A stretch of DNA of 64,000 nt. Source: Planctomycetota bacterium. Lineage in GTDB: Bacteria > Planctomycetota > PUPC01 > DSUN01. The notes beneath the pieces were generated by a model that did not search any database, was not told where the DNA came from, and saw nothing but the letters and a program-made list of their open reading frames with translations. How positions within the stretch are numbered: the stretch's first letter is position 1; every line of letters starts with the position of its first letter. The position numbers were made by a program, and so were the translations under genes. Below are positions 44,844 to 54,696 of the stretch, in pieces. The DNA lies in assembly GCA_035527715.1 (NCBI GenBank), contig DATKZY010000028.1, positions 17,416 to 81,415 of the forward strand, written 5' to 3'.

Positions 44844-47800
44844 TCACCTTTGCCCACTGGGCGCGAAGGCGAACGAGGTTTGGACCGGGAACGGGCAGGT
44901 GCAGCCGGAGCTGGCCTCGGGGACGAGGACGAGGCCGCCGGCGGGGATGATGTTGATCCAGCAGCCGGGGCGGCTGACGGTGGAGAGCTTGCTGGCCTGG
45001 CGGGTGCGCAGGTCGAACATGGCGGGGTTGCCCGCGCGGTAGAAGAGCTGGCCCGCCGAGGCCGACATGGTGCCGCAGCCGTGGCCGCCGCGGTTGAACT
45101 TCCAGTCGGGCACGGGCTCGCCCGTTCTCAGGTCATAGGCGCACGGCTCGGCGTAGACGATGCCGCCGACGATGACGGGGTGTCGCGTCTGCTCGCCGTG
45201 GTCGCCGCCGGGCTTGTGGCGGTTGTCCTGCTCCCGATGCCAGCGGGGCTCGCCCGTCTTCGCGTCGAAGGCGAACAACTCATACCAGACCGTGTTGTTC
45301 TTGTTCTTCGAGCCGGTGGCAACGACAGTGCCCTGCGCGATGCTGAGGAAGATGACGTGCTGGAACGAGCGGAGGTCCACGGGCTTCTTCCAGAGGGTCT
45401 GGCCCGACCTGGCGTCGAGGGCGACGAGTGAGGCGCCGGAGCCGAGGAGGAAGTCGAGCTTCATCCGCCCGTCGGCGTCCTTCGTAGCGTCGGGGTTGGC
45501 GCTCTCGACGAAGTACACGCGTCCATCTGCGATGGCGATGGTGGGGTCGAGGATGACGCCGGCGTCGTAGGTCCATCGCTTCTCGCCAGTCTTGCGGTCC
45601 AGGCAGAAGAGGGTGTCGCTGGTGCTGACATCCTTGAAGTCGCCGTACTGGATTTCGATGACGGTGCGGCCCATGGCGCGAAGGGAGGCGCCCTTCTTGC
45701 GGCCCGAGCCGAAGAGAGCGTCACCGACCGTGGCCACGTAGCCCCAGGAATGTTGGCCGCCTGCCTCGCGCCGCGGCGCGGCGAAGCGCCGCACGATGGA
45801 GCCCGTGGCGACGTCGAGCGCCACGCATTCGTCGGGGCCGACGGCATAGAGCAGATCATCGGCGAGGGCCAGGTAGCCGCTGTCCTTGGGCGCCCCCAGG
45901 CGGCTGGACTCGGGCAGGTCGGCTTCCCAGAGGGCCGTGCCATTATGGGCGTCCACGGCAATGATCTTGTTGTAGGCGGGGACGAAGAGGCGGCCGTCCT
46001 TGGCGAGGGGCGGGACGGCGCGGTGGTGACGGTCGGCCATCGCGTTGGGGCCGGGCGGGCCGAACCATTGCACGCGCATCTCGCCGCCGACCAGGCGGTC
46101 GCCGCTGCACGCCGTGTTGGCGGGGTCGGCGTAGAGATGCGTCCACTCTCCCGCGCCCTCGAGCGGGCCGCGGCGGGTGAGCTTCGCGGGGCCGTCGAGG
46201 CGGAGCGCGCCGCCGTACGGCTTCGCGAGGCGTGATGCTCCGTCGGGCGCTGCGCTCCTCGGGTTCGTCACGTGGTCGAAGACGACCAGGTCGGCAAAGC
46301 CGCTCGGGAGCGACGACAGCGGGCCGCTCTGCACGGTGGCCCGGACGCCGAGAAGCCCCGCTGCGTCGAGCGCTCTCCGGGCGGCGGCGCGCTTCCCTGC
46401 GTCGTCCTCGATGCCGATGATCGAGAGCTCCGTCAGCTTCGCAAGCTCGTAGACGAGGCGGCCGTCGCCACAACCGAGGACGACGCCGAAGCCCTTTCTC
46501 ACGCCCGACTTCTCCACGATATCCCTGGCGGCCTGTTCGTATGGCGGCGCTGGTGGCGGCCCATCGCTCGGCGACTCCTGGCCGCTGCGCGCCGTGCCCG
46601 TCGCGGCGAAGCAGTGGATGGCGCCTTTGTCGGTGCTGACGAGGAGGCGGCCGTGGGCGGCGGCGAGGCCGTAGGCGGTGCCCTCGACCTTGCCCGACCA
46701 GAGCGCCTCGCCGTCGGCCGCGCGGAACGCGGCCACGTCGCCCTCGCCCCCCACGAAGAGCGTGTCGCCCGCCAGGATGAGCGACGCGGAGTGCGTGCAG
46801 GGCCGCTTCCAGATGAGGCACGCTTGCATGCCCTTCGCGAGTTCGGCGAGGGCGGCCTTGTTGGTCTCGTGCTCGGCTTTCAGCTTCCTGCCTTTGTCGC
46901 TATCGGCCTTCCTGCCGAGCTTCTTGAGCGCGTCCCCGATGGCCTTCTGCCGGGCGGCGAGCTTGCGGCTCTGGTCGAGGAGGCCGAAGTAGCGGACGCG
47001 GTCGAGTGCCTGGAGCTCGCGGCCCGTGAGGAAGTAGAGGGCCTTGTCGGTGGCGAGGGCGCGGCGGGCGTTGAAGGACACGAGCTGGCTCCCCGTCGCG
47101 GCGTCGAACGCTTCGATTTGGCCGATCTTCCCCGGGCCGTTGAGGAACAGGTTGCCGGCGAGCGCCGCGTTGGTGCCGCCGGTGCCCTTGATGCTGCCTG
47201 CCGGCTCGCCGTCGGCGAGGCGGAACACGGCAGGCGCCGTCCTGCCCGTCGGCACGTAGAGATGCGTGGCCGAGGCCAGGAGATAGCCCTGGGGCGAGAG
47301 GTTGACGGGCCGCGGCTTCCATCGCGGCGAGCCGTCGCGCGCGTCCACTGCCACGAGCGAGACGCCTTCCCAGGGGAAGAGCCCCGCGCCGGCGTATGCG
47401 GTCCCGTCGGCCACAAGGATGCCCGTGCGGACGGGTGAGGCGGAGATGAGCCGGCCGTTGCCGATGAGCTGGCGGGCGTCGGGCGCGGCCCGATGCCTCC
47501 ACACCTCGGCGCCGCTGCTCGCCGCAAGGCAGTAGACCCAGCCGTCGTCCGAGCCGACGTAGACGTTGGCGTCAGCGACTGTCGGCGCAAGGCGCACCGG
47601 GCCGCCGGTGAAGAAGGTCCAACGCACCCTGCCCGTCGCGGCGTCGAGGCACACGACCTTATCTTCGGCCGACGAGCCGAAGTAGATGGCGTCCCCGGCC
47701 GCAACGACGTGGAAGGCGCGATCATAGGTGACCCGCGCGGCCAGGTCGGTGAGCTTGTGCCAGTAGTCCACCTTGGCCGGCGCGGGCCAGGCCGGGCGGG

Positions 47801-47984
47801 GGGCTTGGCGCGGGGTGTGGGCCCACGCCTCCTGCAGCGGCAGGGAGAGCGCTTCTGAGGCGATGCCGCTCCGCTGGTTGTCGTGGAGATGCGTCGGCCA
47901 GTCTTCCGCTCTCGCCGCTGCAAGGGCAAGCAGGACCGCGAGGGAGACGCCGAGGCCGAGGAAGGAACGTTTCTTCTCACGCAT
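44844..47984 (-). CDS. Secreted PQQ-like propeller - MTase-like domain - propeller protein (class B paralog)
   Basis: MREKKRSFLGLGVSLAVLLALAAARAEDWP signal. The central module is GFGVVLGCGDGRLVYELAKLTELSIIGIEDD...FADLVVFD. PQQ-like blades lie on both sides and the C-terminus carries the SSGCTCPFP motif. Confidence 0.75.
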   Translation of the reverse strand: MREKKRSFLGLGVSLAVLLALAAARAEDWPTHLHDNQRSGIASEALSLPLQEAWAHTPRQAPRPAWPAPAKVDYWHKLTDLAARVTYDRAFHVVAAGDAIYFGSSAEDKVVCLDAATGRVRWTFFTGGPVRLAPTVADANVYVGSDDGWVYCLAASSGAEVWRHRAAPDARQLIGNGRLISASPVRTGILVADGTAYAGAGLFPWEGVSLVAVDARDGSPRWKPRPVNLSPQGYLLASATHLYVPTGRTAPAVFRLADGEPAGSIKGTGGTNAALAGNLFLNGPGKIGQIEAFDAATGSQLVSFNARRALATDKALYFLTGRELQALDRVRYFGLLDQSRKLAARQKAIGDALKKLGRKADSDKGRKLKAEHETNKAALAELAKGMQACLIWKRPCTHSASLILAGDTLFVGGEGDVAAFRAADGEALWSGKVEGTAYGLAAAHGRLLVSTDKGAIHCFAATGTARSGQESPSDGPPPAPPYEQAARDIVEKSGVRKGFGVVLGCGDGRLVYELAKLTELSIIGIEDDAGKRAAARRALDAAGLLGVRATVQSGPLSSLPSGFADLVVFDHVTNPRSAAPDGASRLAKPYGGALRLDGPAKLTRRGPLEGAGEWTHLYADPANTACSGDRLVGGEMRVQWFGPPGPNAMADRHHRAVPPLAKDGRLFVPAYNKIIAVDAHNGTALWEADLPESSRLGAPKDSGYLALADDLLYAVGPDECVALDVATGSIVRRFAAPRREAGGQHSWGYVATVGDALFGSGRKKGASLRAMGRTVIEIQYGDFKDVSTSDTLFCLDRKTGEKRWTYDAGVILDPTIAIADGRVYFVESANPDATKDADGRMKLDFLLGSGASLVALDARSGQTLWKKPVDLRSFQHVIFLSIAQGTVVATGSKNKNNTVWYELFAFDAKTGEPRWHREQDNRHKPGGDHGEQTRHPVIVGGIVYAEPCAYDLRTGEPVPDWKFNRGGHGCGTMSASAGQLFYRAGNPAMFDLRTRQASKLSTVSRPGCWINIIPAGGLVLVPEASSGCTCPFPVQTSFAFAPSGQR

Positions 47985-48120
47985 CACGTTTCACTCATCA
48001 CGGGTGAGGAGGATCTTCGCCATCGGTTCGGCCACGGCCCGGCGGCGTGGGCGGCTGGCGAGACTTTCTGGCTTCGGCGGTTCTCCAGTCGTGGTTTGCG
48101 CATCATTCACTCAACACGTC

Positions 48121-51100
48121 TCACTTGCCCCAAGTGGGAGCGAAGGCAAACGAGGTCTGGATCGGGAATGGGCAGGTGCAGCCGGAGCTGGCCTCGGGGA
48201 TGAGGACGAGGCCGCCGGCAGGGATGATGTTGATCCAGCACCCAGGGCGGCTGACGGTGGAGAGCTTGCTGGCCTTGCGGCTGCGCAGGTCGAACATCAC
48301 GGGATTGCCCGCGCGGTAGAAGAGCTGGCCCGCGGAGGCGGACAGGGTGCCGCAGCCGTGGCCGCCGCGGGTGAAGTCCCAGCCCGCAATCGGCTCGCCG
48401 GTCGCCAGGTCGTAGGCCTGGGGCTCGGCGTAGACGACTCCGCCGGCGATCACGGGGTGAAGCGTCTGCTCGCCGTGGAAGCCGCCCACATTGCGCTGGT
48501 TGTTCTGCTCGCGGCGCCAGCGCGGCTCGCCCGTCTTCGCGTCGAAGGCGACTAGCTCATACCAGACGGTGCGGTCCTTGTTCCTGGACCCCGTGACGAC
48601 GAGGGTGTCCTGCGCGACGCTGAGGAAGATGATGTGCTGGAGAGAACTGAAGTCCACCGTTTTCTTCCAGAGGGTTTGGCCCGACGTGGCGTCGAGGGCG
48701 ACGAGGGCGGCGCCGCTGCCCAGCAGGGCGTCGAGCTTCAGGCGGCCATCGGCGTCCTGCGCCGCGGCGGGGTTGGCGCTCTCGACGAAGTGGACGCGTC
48801 CGCCGGCGATGGCGATGGTGGGGTCGAGGACGACGCCGGCCCGGTAGGTCCACCGCGTCTCGCCGGTCTTGCGGTCGAGGCAGAAGAGGGAGTCGCTTGT
48901 GGAGATTTCCTTGAAGTCGCCGTACTGGAATTGGACGCGGGCGCGGCCCATGACGCGGATCGAGGCGTCGCGCTTGCGGGCAGAGCCGAGGAGCAGGTCG
49001 CCCGTGGTGGCCACGTAGCCCCAGGAGGGGGGCGCGTCGCCCTCGGGCGAAGGGGGCTTGAAGCGGCGCACGAGGGTGCCGGAGGCCACGTCGAGGGCGA
49101 CGCAGTCGTCGGCTCCGGCCGCGTACAGCACGTCGGGGGCGAGGGCGAGGTGGCCGCTGTCGCGGAGGGCGCCGAGGCGGCTGGACTCGGGCAGATCGGC
49201 CTCCCAAAGGGTCGTGCCATTGCAGGCGTCCACGGCGATGACCTTGTTGTAGGCGGGGACGAAGAGGCGGCCGTCCCTGCACAGGGGCGGCATGGGCCGG
49301 TGATGGCGGTCGGCCATGGGGTTGGGGCCTGGCGGGCCAAACCACTGGATGCGCATCGCGCCGCCGACCAGGCGGTCGCCGCTGCACGCGGTGTTGGCGG
49401 GGTCGGCGTAGAGATGCGTCCACTCGCCGGCGCCTTCGAGCGGGCCGCGGCGGGTGAGCCTCGCGGGGCCGTCGAGGCAGAGCGCGCCGCCCCACGGCCT
49501 CACGAGGCCGGCCGCATCCGCGGGCGCCGTGACATCCGGGTTCGTGACGCGGTCGAAGACTACCAGGTTGGCGAAGCCGCGGGGCAGCGTTGAGAGCGGG
49601 CCGCGGCGGACGGTGACTCGGACGCCCGCCACCCCCGCCTTGTCGAGCGCGCTCCGTGCGGAGGCGAGCTTGCTTGCGTTCTCCTCGATGCCGAGGATCG
49701 TGAGGTCGGTGAGCCCGGCCAGCTCGCAGGCCAGGCGCCCGTCGCCACAGCCGAGGACGACGCAGAGGCCCTTCGTGACGCCCGACGCTTCGACGATTTC
49801 CTTTGCGGCCTGCGCGTAAAGCGGTGAGAGGCTGTCGGTCGCATAAGGGGTGACGGGAGGGGTGTTCGAGGACGACGAGGGCGAAGCCGCCGACGACGCG
49901 AAGCAGTGGATGGCCCCCTTGTCGGTGCTGACAAGGAGGCGGCCGTGGGCGGCGGCGAGGCCATAGGCCGTGCCCGCCACCTTGCCGGTCCAGAGCGGCT
50001 CGCCGTCCGCCGCCCGGAAGGCGGCGACTTCGCCGTGGCCTCCCGCGAAGAGCGTGTCGCCGGCGCAGATGAGGGTGGCGCGGTGCCGGCAGGGGCGCTT
50101 CCAGAGATAGCAGCCCAGCGTCTCCTTCGACGCGGCGGCGAGGGCGGCTCGATTGGCCTCTCGCTCGGCCTTGAGCTTCTTGCCCTCCACGCTGGTGTCG
50201 GGCTTGCCGAGCTCGCCGAGGCGCCGCTCGATCTCCCTCTGGCGGGTGGAGAGGTCTCGGCGCTGAGTCAGGAGGCCGAAGTAGCGGACGCGGTCGAGGG
50301 CCTGCAGTTCGCCGCCGGTGAGGAAGTAGAGCGCCTTGTCGGTGCCGATCGCGCAGTAGCCGGGGAACGTGGCCACAAGGCCCATCGTCTCGCCATCGTA
50401 GGCCGCGATCTTGCCGTCCGCGCCGGGCCCGTTGAGGAGCAGGCCGCCTGTGAAGGTGGCGTAGGCTCCGCCGCTGTCGGTGCGGACGCCCGCCTGCTGC
50501 CCATTGGTGCGGCGGAAGGCGGCGGGCGCCGCCCTGCCGGTCGGCACGTAGAGGCGGGAAGAAGAGGCGAGGAGGTAGCCCTGCGGCGACCGGCTCAGCG
50601 GCGCGGCCGGCCACTTCGGCGAGCGGTCCAGGGCGTCCACGGCCCAGAGTAGCACGCCCTCGGTCGGGAACAGCCCGGCGGCGAAGTAGGCCGTGCCGTC
50701 CGCCAGGAGCACGCCGGTGCGGACGGGGGCGGCGGAGATCACCCGGCCGTTGCCGATAAGCTGGCGGGCATCGGGCGCGGCCCGCATCCGCCACACCACG
50801 CCGCCGTTGCCCGCGTGCACGCAGTAGACCCAGCCATCGTCGGAGCCGACGTAGACCTTGCCGTCGCACACGGCGGGCGCGAGGCGGACGGGGCCGCCGG
50901 TGGCGAAGGACCACCGCACCTCGCCCGTCGCGGCATGGAGGCAGGTGACCGAGTCGTCGGCCGAGGAGCCGAAGTAGACGGCGTCGCCGGCCGCAGCGAC
51001 GTGGAAGGCGCGGTCGTAGGTCACCCGGGCGGCGAGGCCCTGGATGCCGTGCCAGTAGTCCGTGTCGGCGGGCGCGGGCCACGCGGGTCGCGGCGCGTGC

Positions 51101-51261
51101 CGCGGTTCGAAGGTCCAGGCCTCGGCGAGAGGGAGGGGGAGTTGCTCGCCCGTGACCCCGCTGCGCTGGCTGTCGTGCATGTACGTCGGCCAGTCCTCGC
51201 CCGCCGCGCCCCGCGCAAGCACGAGTGCCAGCAGCCAAGATGCCAGAACTTGGGTCGCCAT
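48121..51261 (-). CDS. Secreted PQQ-like propeller - MTase-like domain - propeller protein (class B paralog, tandem duplicate)
   Basis: ATG 51261 gives MATQVLASWLLALVLARGAAGEDWP. It is collinear with the 44844-47984 protein, with stretches of about 90% nucleotide identity by eye. The upstream 85 codons of the track ORF are not supported. Confidence 0.75.
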   Translation of the reverse strand: MATQVLASWLLALVLARGAAGEDWPTYMHDSQRSGVTGEQLPLPLAEAWTFEPRHAPRPAWPAPADTDYWHGIQGLAARVTYDRAFHVAAAGDAVYFGSSADDSVTCLHAATGEVRWSFATGGPVRLAPAVCDGKVYVGSDDGWVYCVHAGNGGVVWRMRAAPDARQLIGNGRVISAAPVRTGVLLADGTAYFAAGLFPTEGVLLWAVDALDRSPKWPAAPLSRSPQGYLLASSSRLYVPTGRAAPAAFRRTNGQQAGVRTDSGGAYATFTGGLLLNGPGADGKIAAYDGETMGLVATFPGYCAIGTDKALYFLTGGELQALDRVRYFGLLTQRRDLSTRQREIERRLGELGKPDTSVEGKKLKAEREANRAALAAASKETLGCYLWKRPCRHRATLICAGDTLFAGGHGEVAAFRAADGEPLWTGKVAGTAYGLAAAHGRLLVSTDKGAIHCFASSAASPSSSSNTPPVTPYATDSLSPLYAQAAKEIVEASGVTKGLCVVLGCGDGRLACELAGLTDLTILGIEENASKLASARSALDKAGVAGVRVTVRRGPLSTLPRGFANLVVFDRVTNPDVTAPADAAGLVRPWGGALCLDGPARLTRRGPLEGAGEWTHLYADPANTACSGDRLVGGAMRIQWFGPPGPNPMADRHHRPMPPLCRDGRLFVPAYNKVIAVDACNGTTLWEADLPESSRLGALRDSGHLALAPDVLYAAGADDCVALDVASGTLVRRFKPPSPEGDAPPSWGYVATTGDLLLGSARKRDASIRVMGRARVQFQYGDFKEISTSDSLFCLDRKTGETRWTYRAGVVLDPTIAIAGGRVHFVESANPAAAQDADGRLKLDALLGSGAALVALDATSGQTLWKKTVDFSSLQHIIFLSVAQDTLVVTGSRNKDRTVWYELVAFDAKTGEPRWRREQNNQRNVGGFHGEQTLHPVIAGGVVYAEPQAYDLATGEPIAGWDFTRGGHGCGTLSASAGQLFYRAGNPVMFDLRSRKASKLSTVSRPGCWINIIPAGGLVLIPEASSGCTCPFPIQTSFAFAPTWGK

Positions 51262-51307
51262 GCCGCTCACGGATGGGACTCGCCGCGGATCCGCCTCCAT
51301 GAACCTG

Positions 51308-51336
51308 ATTATACCCCCGCGCGGGCGCAGGAGCAA
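51308..51336 (-). promoter_or_regulatory. Sigma70-like promoter candidate for the 48121-51261 gene
   Basis: Minus strand reads TTGCTC-N17-TATAAT (perfect -10), about 45 nt upstream of the ATG. Confidence 0.5.
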
Positions 51337-51381
51337 CTGGAGCGACGGACCGAGCGGGCCTGGGCGGCGGCGCGCCGCGGC

Positions 51382-51410
51382 TTGACTCGATGCGGCGCCT
51401 GTGCTATAAG
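51382..51410 (+). promoter_or_regulatory. Sigma70-like promoter candidate for the 51510-54695 operon
   Basis: TTGACT-N17-TATAAG. Confidence 0.5.
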
Positions 51411-51509
51411 AATCCCAGTGGTGATGCAACCAGGGCGGGGAGGCGTGTCTGCTGAGGCGGTTGCTCACGGGTCGTTCCTCAGGGTGTCGTGGGCTCACGG
51501 GGGCCGCCG

Positions 51510-51734
51510 ATGGCAAGACGACGGATGCTGAGACTCGCTGGTATCGCGGCGCTGGTACTGGCGTTCCTGAGCGCGCCGCGCGATGCCTACGCCTATCTGG
51601 ACCCCGGGACGGGGAGCCTGATCCTGCAATTCGTGATTGCGGGCCTGGTCGGCTCCGCGTTCGCCATCAAGCTCTTCTGGCGCCGCATCGTGGGCCTCTT
51701 CCGCAAGCGTCGCTCGGAGCCCGACCGAGAGTAA
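51510..51734 (+). CDS. Small membrane protein (hypothetical)
   Basis: MARRRMLRLAGIAALVLAFLSAP plus a second hydrophobic helix LILQFVIAGLVGSAFAIKLFW. The stop is 4 nt before the next ATG. The start is ambiguous (51489, 51510 or 51525). Confidence 0.5.
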   Translation: MARRRMLRLAGIAALVLAFLSAPRDAYAYLDPGTGSLILQFVIAGLVGSAFAIKLFWRRIVGLFRKRRSEPDRE

Positions 51735-51738
51735 CCGG

Positions 51739-53127
51739 ATGGCGGACGATCAGGCGGCAGCGGGCTCGTTCCGTGACCCCGACGGGAGCGTGTACTTCGC
51801 GGGCGGGGTGTGCTACCGCCAGATCAACCCCAGCGGGCGGGCGAGCTACGAGGCCCTGATGGGGTCGGGCTTGTACGCCGCCCTCGCCGGCAAGGGGCTG
51901 CTGATCCCCCACGAGGAAGTGGGCCTCGAACACGCCCGGACCGAGGGGGCCTACAAGGTCATCCGCCCCGAGCCGCTTCCCTTCGTCTCCTACCCCTATG
52001 AATGGTGCTTCAGCCAGCTCAAGGACGCGGCGCTCCTCACCCTGCGGGTGCAGAACCTGGCGCTCGACCACGGGCTGATCCTGAAGGACGCCAGCGCGTA
52101 CAACGTGCAGTTCCTCGGCGGCCGGCCGGTCTTCATTGACACCCTGTCGTTCGACCCCTGCGAGCAGGGGGCGCCGTGGGTGGCCTACCGCCAGTTCTGC
52201 CAGCACTTCCTCGCGCCGCTCGCCCTGATGCACTACGTGGACGTGCGGCTCGGCCAGCTCCTGCGCACGAACATTGACGGGGTGCCGCTCGACCTGGCGG
52301 CGGCGATGCTGCCGCGGCGCACGCGGCTGCGGCCCTCGTTGCTCATGCACATCCACCTCCATGCCAGGTGCCAGGCGCGGTATGCCGACCGCGCCGCGCG
52401 CGTGCGCGGCCGGCGCGTGAGCCGCCTTGGCCTCCTCGGCCTGGTGGACAGCCTCCAGGGCGCTATCCGGCGCCTGCGCTGGCGGCCCCAGGGCACCGAG
52501 TGGGGCGAGTACTACCGCGAGACCAACTACTCGGACCGGGCCGCCGAGCACAAGGCCGAGCTGGTCGCCCGCTACCTCGACGCGCTGGGGCCTCGGACGG
52601 TGTGGGACCTGGGCGCGAACACCGGGCGGTTCAGCCGCCTCGCGGCCGACAAGGGGGTCTTCACGCTTGCCTTCGACGTGGACCCCGCTTGCGTCGAGAC
52701 GGCCTATCGCGACGCCCGCGAGCGCGGCGCGGCGTCCCTGTTGCCCCTGCTGCTCGACCTGCGGAACCCCAGCCCCGGCATCGGCTGGAGCAACGCCGAG
52801 CGCGCGAGCCTCGCCGACCGCGGCCCGGCCGACGCGGCCATGGCCCTTGCGCTGCTCCACCACCTCGCCATCAGCAACAACGTCCCGCTCGACCGCATCG
52901 CCGCCTGGCTGGCCACGGTCGCCCGCGCGCTCATCATCGAATTCGTGCCCAAGAGCGACTCCCAGGTCCAGCGCCTCCTGGCCACGCGCGAGGACGTCTT
53001 CCCCGACTACGACCGGGAGCACTTCGAGGCGGCGTTCCGCGAGCGGTTCCAGATCGTCCGCGCCGAGCCGCTGCGCGAGTCGGAGCGGTGGCTCTACCTC
53101 ATGCGGCGAAGCGAGGTGACTCCGTGA
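51739..53127 (+). CDS. Class I SAM-dependent methyltransferase
   Basis: The N-terminal SFRDPDGSVYFAGGVCYRQI family signature and motif I VWDLGANTGRFSRLAADKG are present. 462 aa. Confidence 0.7.
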   Translation: MADDQAAAGSFRDPDGSVYFAGGVCYRQINPSGRASYEALMGSGLYAALAGKGLLIPHEEVGLEHARTEGAYKVIRPEPLPFVSYPYEWCFSQLKDAALLTLRVQNLALDHGLILKDASAYNVQFLGGRPVFIDTLSFDPCEQGAPWVAYRQFCQHFLAPLALMHYVDVRLGQLLRTNIDGVPLDLAAAMLPRRTRLRPSLLMHIHLHARCQARYADRAARVRGRRVSRLGLLGLVDSLQGAIRRLRWRPQGTEWGEYYRETNYSDRAAEHKAELVARYLDALGPRTVWDLGANTGRFSRLAADKGVFTLAFDVDPACVETAYRDARERGAASLLPLLLDLRNPSPGIGWSNAERASLADRGPADAAMALALLHHLAISNNVPLDRIAAWLATVARALIIEFVPKSDSQVQRLLATREDVFPDYDREHFEAAFRERFQIVRAEPLRESERWLYLMRRSEVTP

Positions 53128-54695
53128 AGCGACTGCCCGCGCTCCACGTCCTCTTCTTCGCCGTGTACCCCGTCCTGTTCGCCTACTCGCGCAACGCGGG
53201 AGAGGCCGACCTCGCCCAGGTGGCGCTGCCGTTCGTCACCGTGGTGTGTGGTGCGGCCGTGCTGTGGGTGCCGGCGCTGCTGGTCTTCCGGGAGCGGACG
53301 AATGCGTCGGTCGCCCTCTCGCTCTTCCTGCTCTGGTTCTTCCTCTACGGCCACTTCGCGGCGGTTCTGCGCGGGGCAGGGCTGTACATGCGGCCGCGGT
53401 ACCTGCTGGTCGTGTGGACGCTGCCGGTGCTGGCCGCGGCGGCGGTGATCCGCTGGCGGCGCCGGCCGCTGCCACGCCTGACGAGTTTCCTGAACGCCGT
53501 GAGCGCCTGCCTGGTCGCCCTGTGCCTCGGCTCGCTGGCACTGTTTGGCCTCACGCGGCGCTCGGCCGGGCGGACGGCCGACGCCGAGGTCGCCTCGGAC
53601 CCCGCGCACGGTGTTCCCGCCGAGCGCCCCGACATCTACTACATCATCCTCGACCGCTACGCCCGCGAGGACGTATTGCTTGGGCAGTACGGCTACGACA
53701 ACTCCGAGTTCCTCCGCTACCTGGGCGACAAGGGCTTCCACGTCGCGACAGCGGCCAGCGCCAACTACCCGATCACCCCGCTGTCCCTGGCCTCTTCGCT
53801 GAACATGCAGCACCTCGTCGAGCTGGCTCAACGCCTCGGCGAGGACGCGACCGACATGCTGCCCCTCTACACGCTCTGCGAGGACTTCGCCGTCTGGCGC
53901 TTCCTCCAGCAGCGGGGCTACCGCTATGTCCACTTCGGCTCCGGCTACAGCCTCACGGCCCACAACCCGCACGCCAACCTCAACATCAACCTCTTTGCAC
54001 TCCCCGACTTCTGGGGCATCCTGTACCACCAGACCGTGCTCCAGCCCGTCCTTTTCAACCTCAAGCTCTACGACCATCGCCACACGAAGTGGCGACGCGA
54101 GGTGTACGAGTTCGACCACCTCGAGGCGATGTGCCCCGGCGACCAGCCCCTGTTCGTCTTCGCCCACTTCCTGACCACCCACCCGCCCTACGTCTTCCGC
54201 AGCGACGGCAGCTACGTCTCCGAGGCCGCCGAGGCGGAGCTGCCCGGCAAGCAGCGGTACGCCGAGCAGGTGGAGTATGCAAACCGGCGCCTGCGCGGGT
54301 TCATTGACCACGCCATTGCCAGCGCGCGCGTTCCCCCCATCATCGTGCTCCAGGCCGACGAGGGGCCCTACCCGCTCGACTTTCGTTCGGACCGGGACGA
54401 CTTCGACTGGCGCACGGCCACCGCCGCCCAGTTCCGTCAGAAGTTCGGCATCCTCAACGCCTGCTACGCGCCTCGCCTGCCCCCGGGCGCGCTGTACCCG
54501 GCCATCACACCGGTCAATACCTTCCGAGTCATCTTCCGCCACTACTTCGGCGCCGGCCTGGAGCCGCTGCCCGACACCATTTACGCCTTCGTGGACAGGC
54601 TCCACATGTACAAGCTCCACGATGTCACCGACAAGGCGCGCCCTGCCGCCCCGGCGCTGCCGAGCCCCGCGGGCGAGGAGCCCCGCACCCCTTGA
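53124..54695 (+). CDS. Membrane-anchored sulfatase-like (alkaline phosphatase superfamily / LTA synthase-like) protein
   Basis: The GTG start overlaps the upstream stop (GTGA). About 5 N-terminal TM helices precede DIYYIILDRYAREDVL, PLFVFAHFLTTHPPYVF and IIVLQADEGP. Confidence 0.55.
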   Translation: MKRLPALHVLFFAVYPVLFAYSRNAGEADLAQVALPFVTVVCGAAVLWVPALLVFRERTNASVALSLFLLWFFLYGHFAAVLRGAGLYMRPRYLLVVWTLPVLAAAAVIRWRRRPLPRLTSFLNAVSACLVALCLGSLALFGLTRRSAGRTADAEVASDPAHGVPAERPDIYYIILDRYAREDVLLGQYGYDNSEFLRYLGDKGFHVATAASANYPITPLSLASSLNMQHLVELAQRLGEDATDMLPLYTLCEDFAVWRFLQQRGYRYVHFGSGYSLTAHNPHANLNINLFALPDFWGILYHQTVLQPVLFNLKLYDHRHTKWRREVYEFDHLEAMCPGDQPLFVFAHFLTTHPPYVFRSDGSYVSEAAEAELPGKQRYAEQVEYANRRLRGFIDHAIASARVPPIIVLQADEGPYPLDFRSDRDDFDWRTATAAQFRQKFGILNACYAPRLPPGALYPAITPVNTFRVIFRHYFGAGLEPLPDTIYAFVDRLHMYKLHDVTDKARPAAPALPSPAGEEPRTP

Positions 54696-54696
54696 G

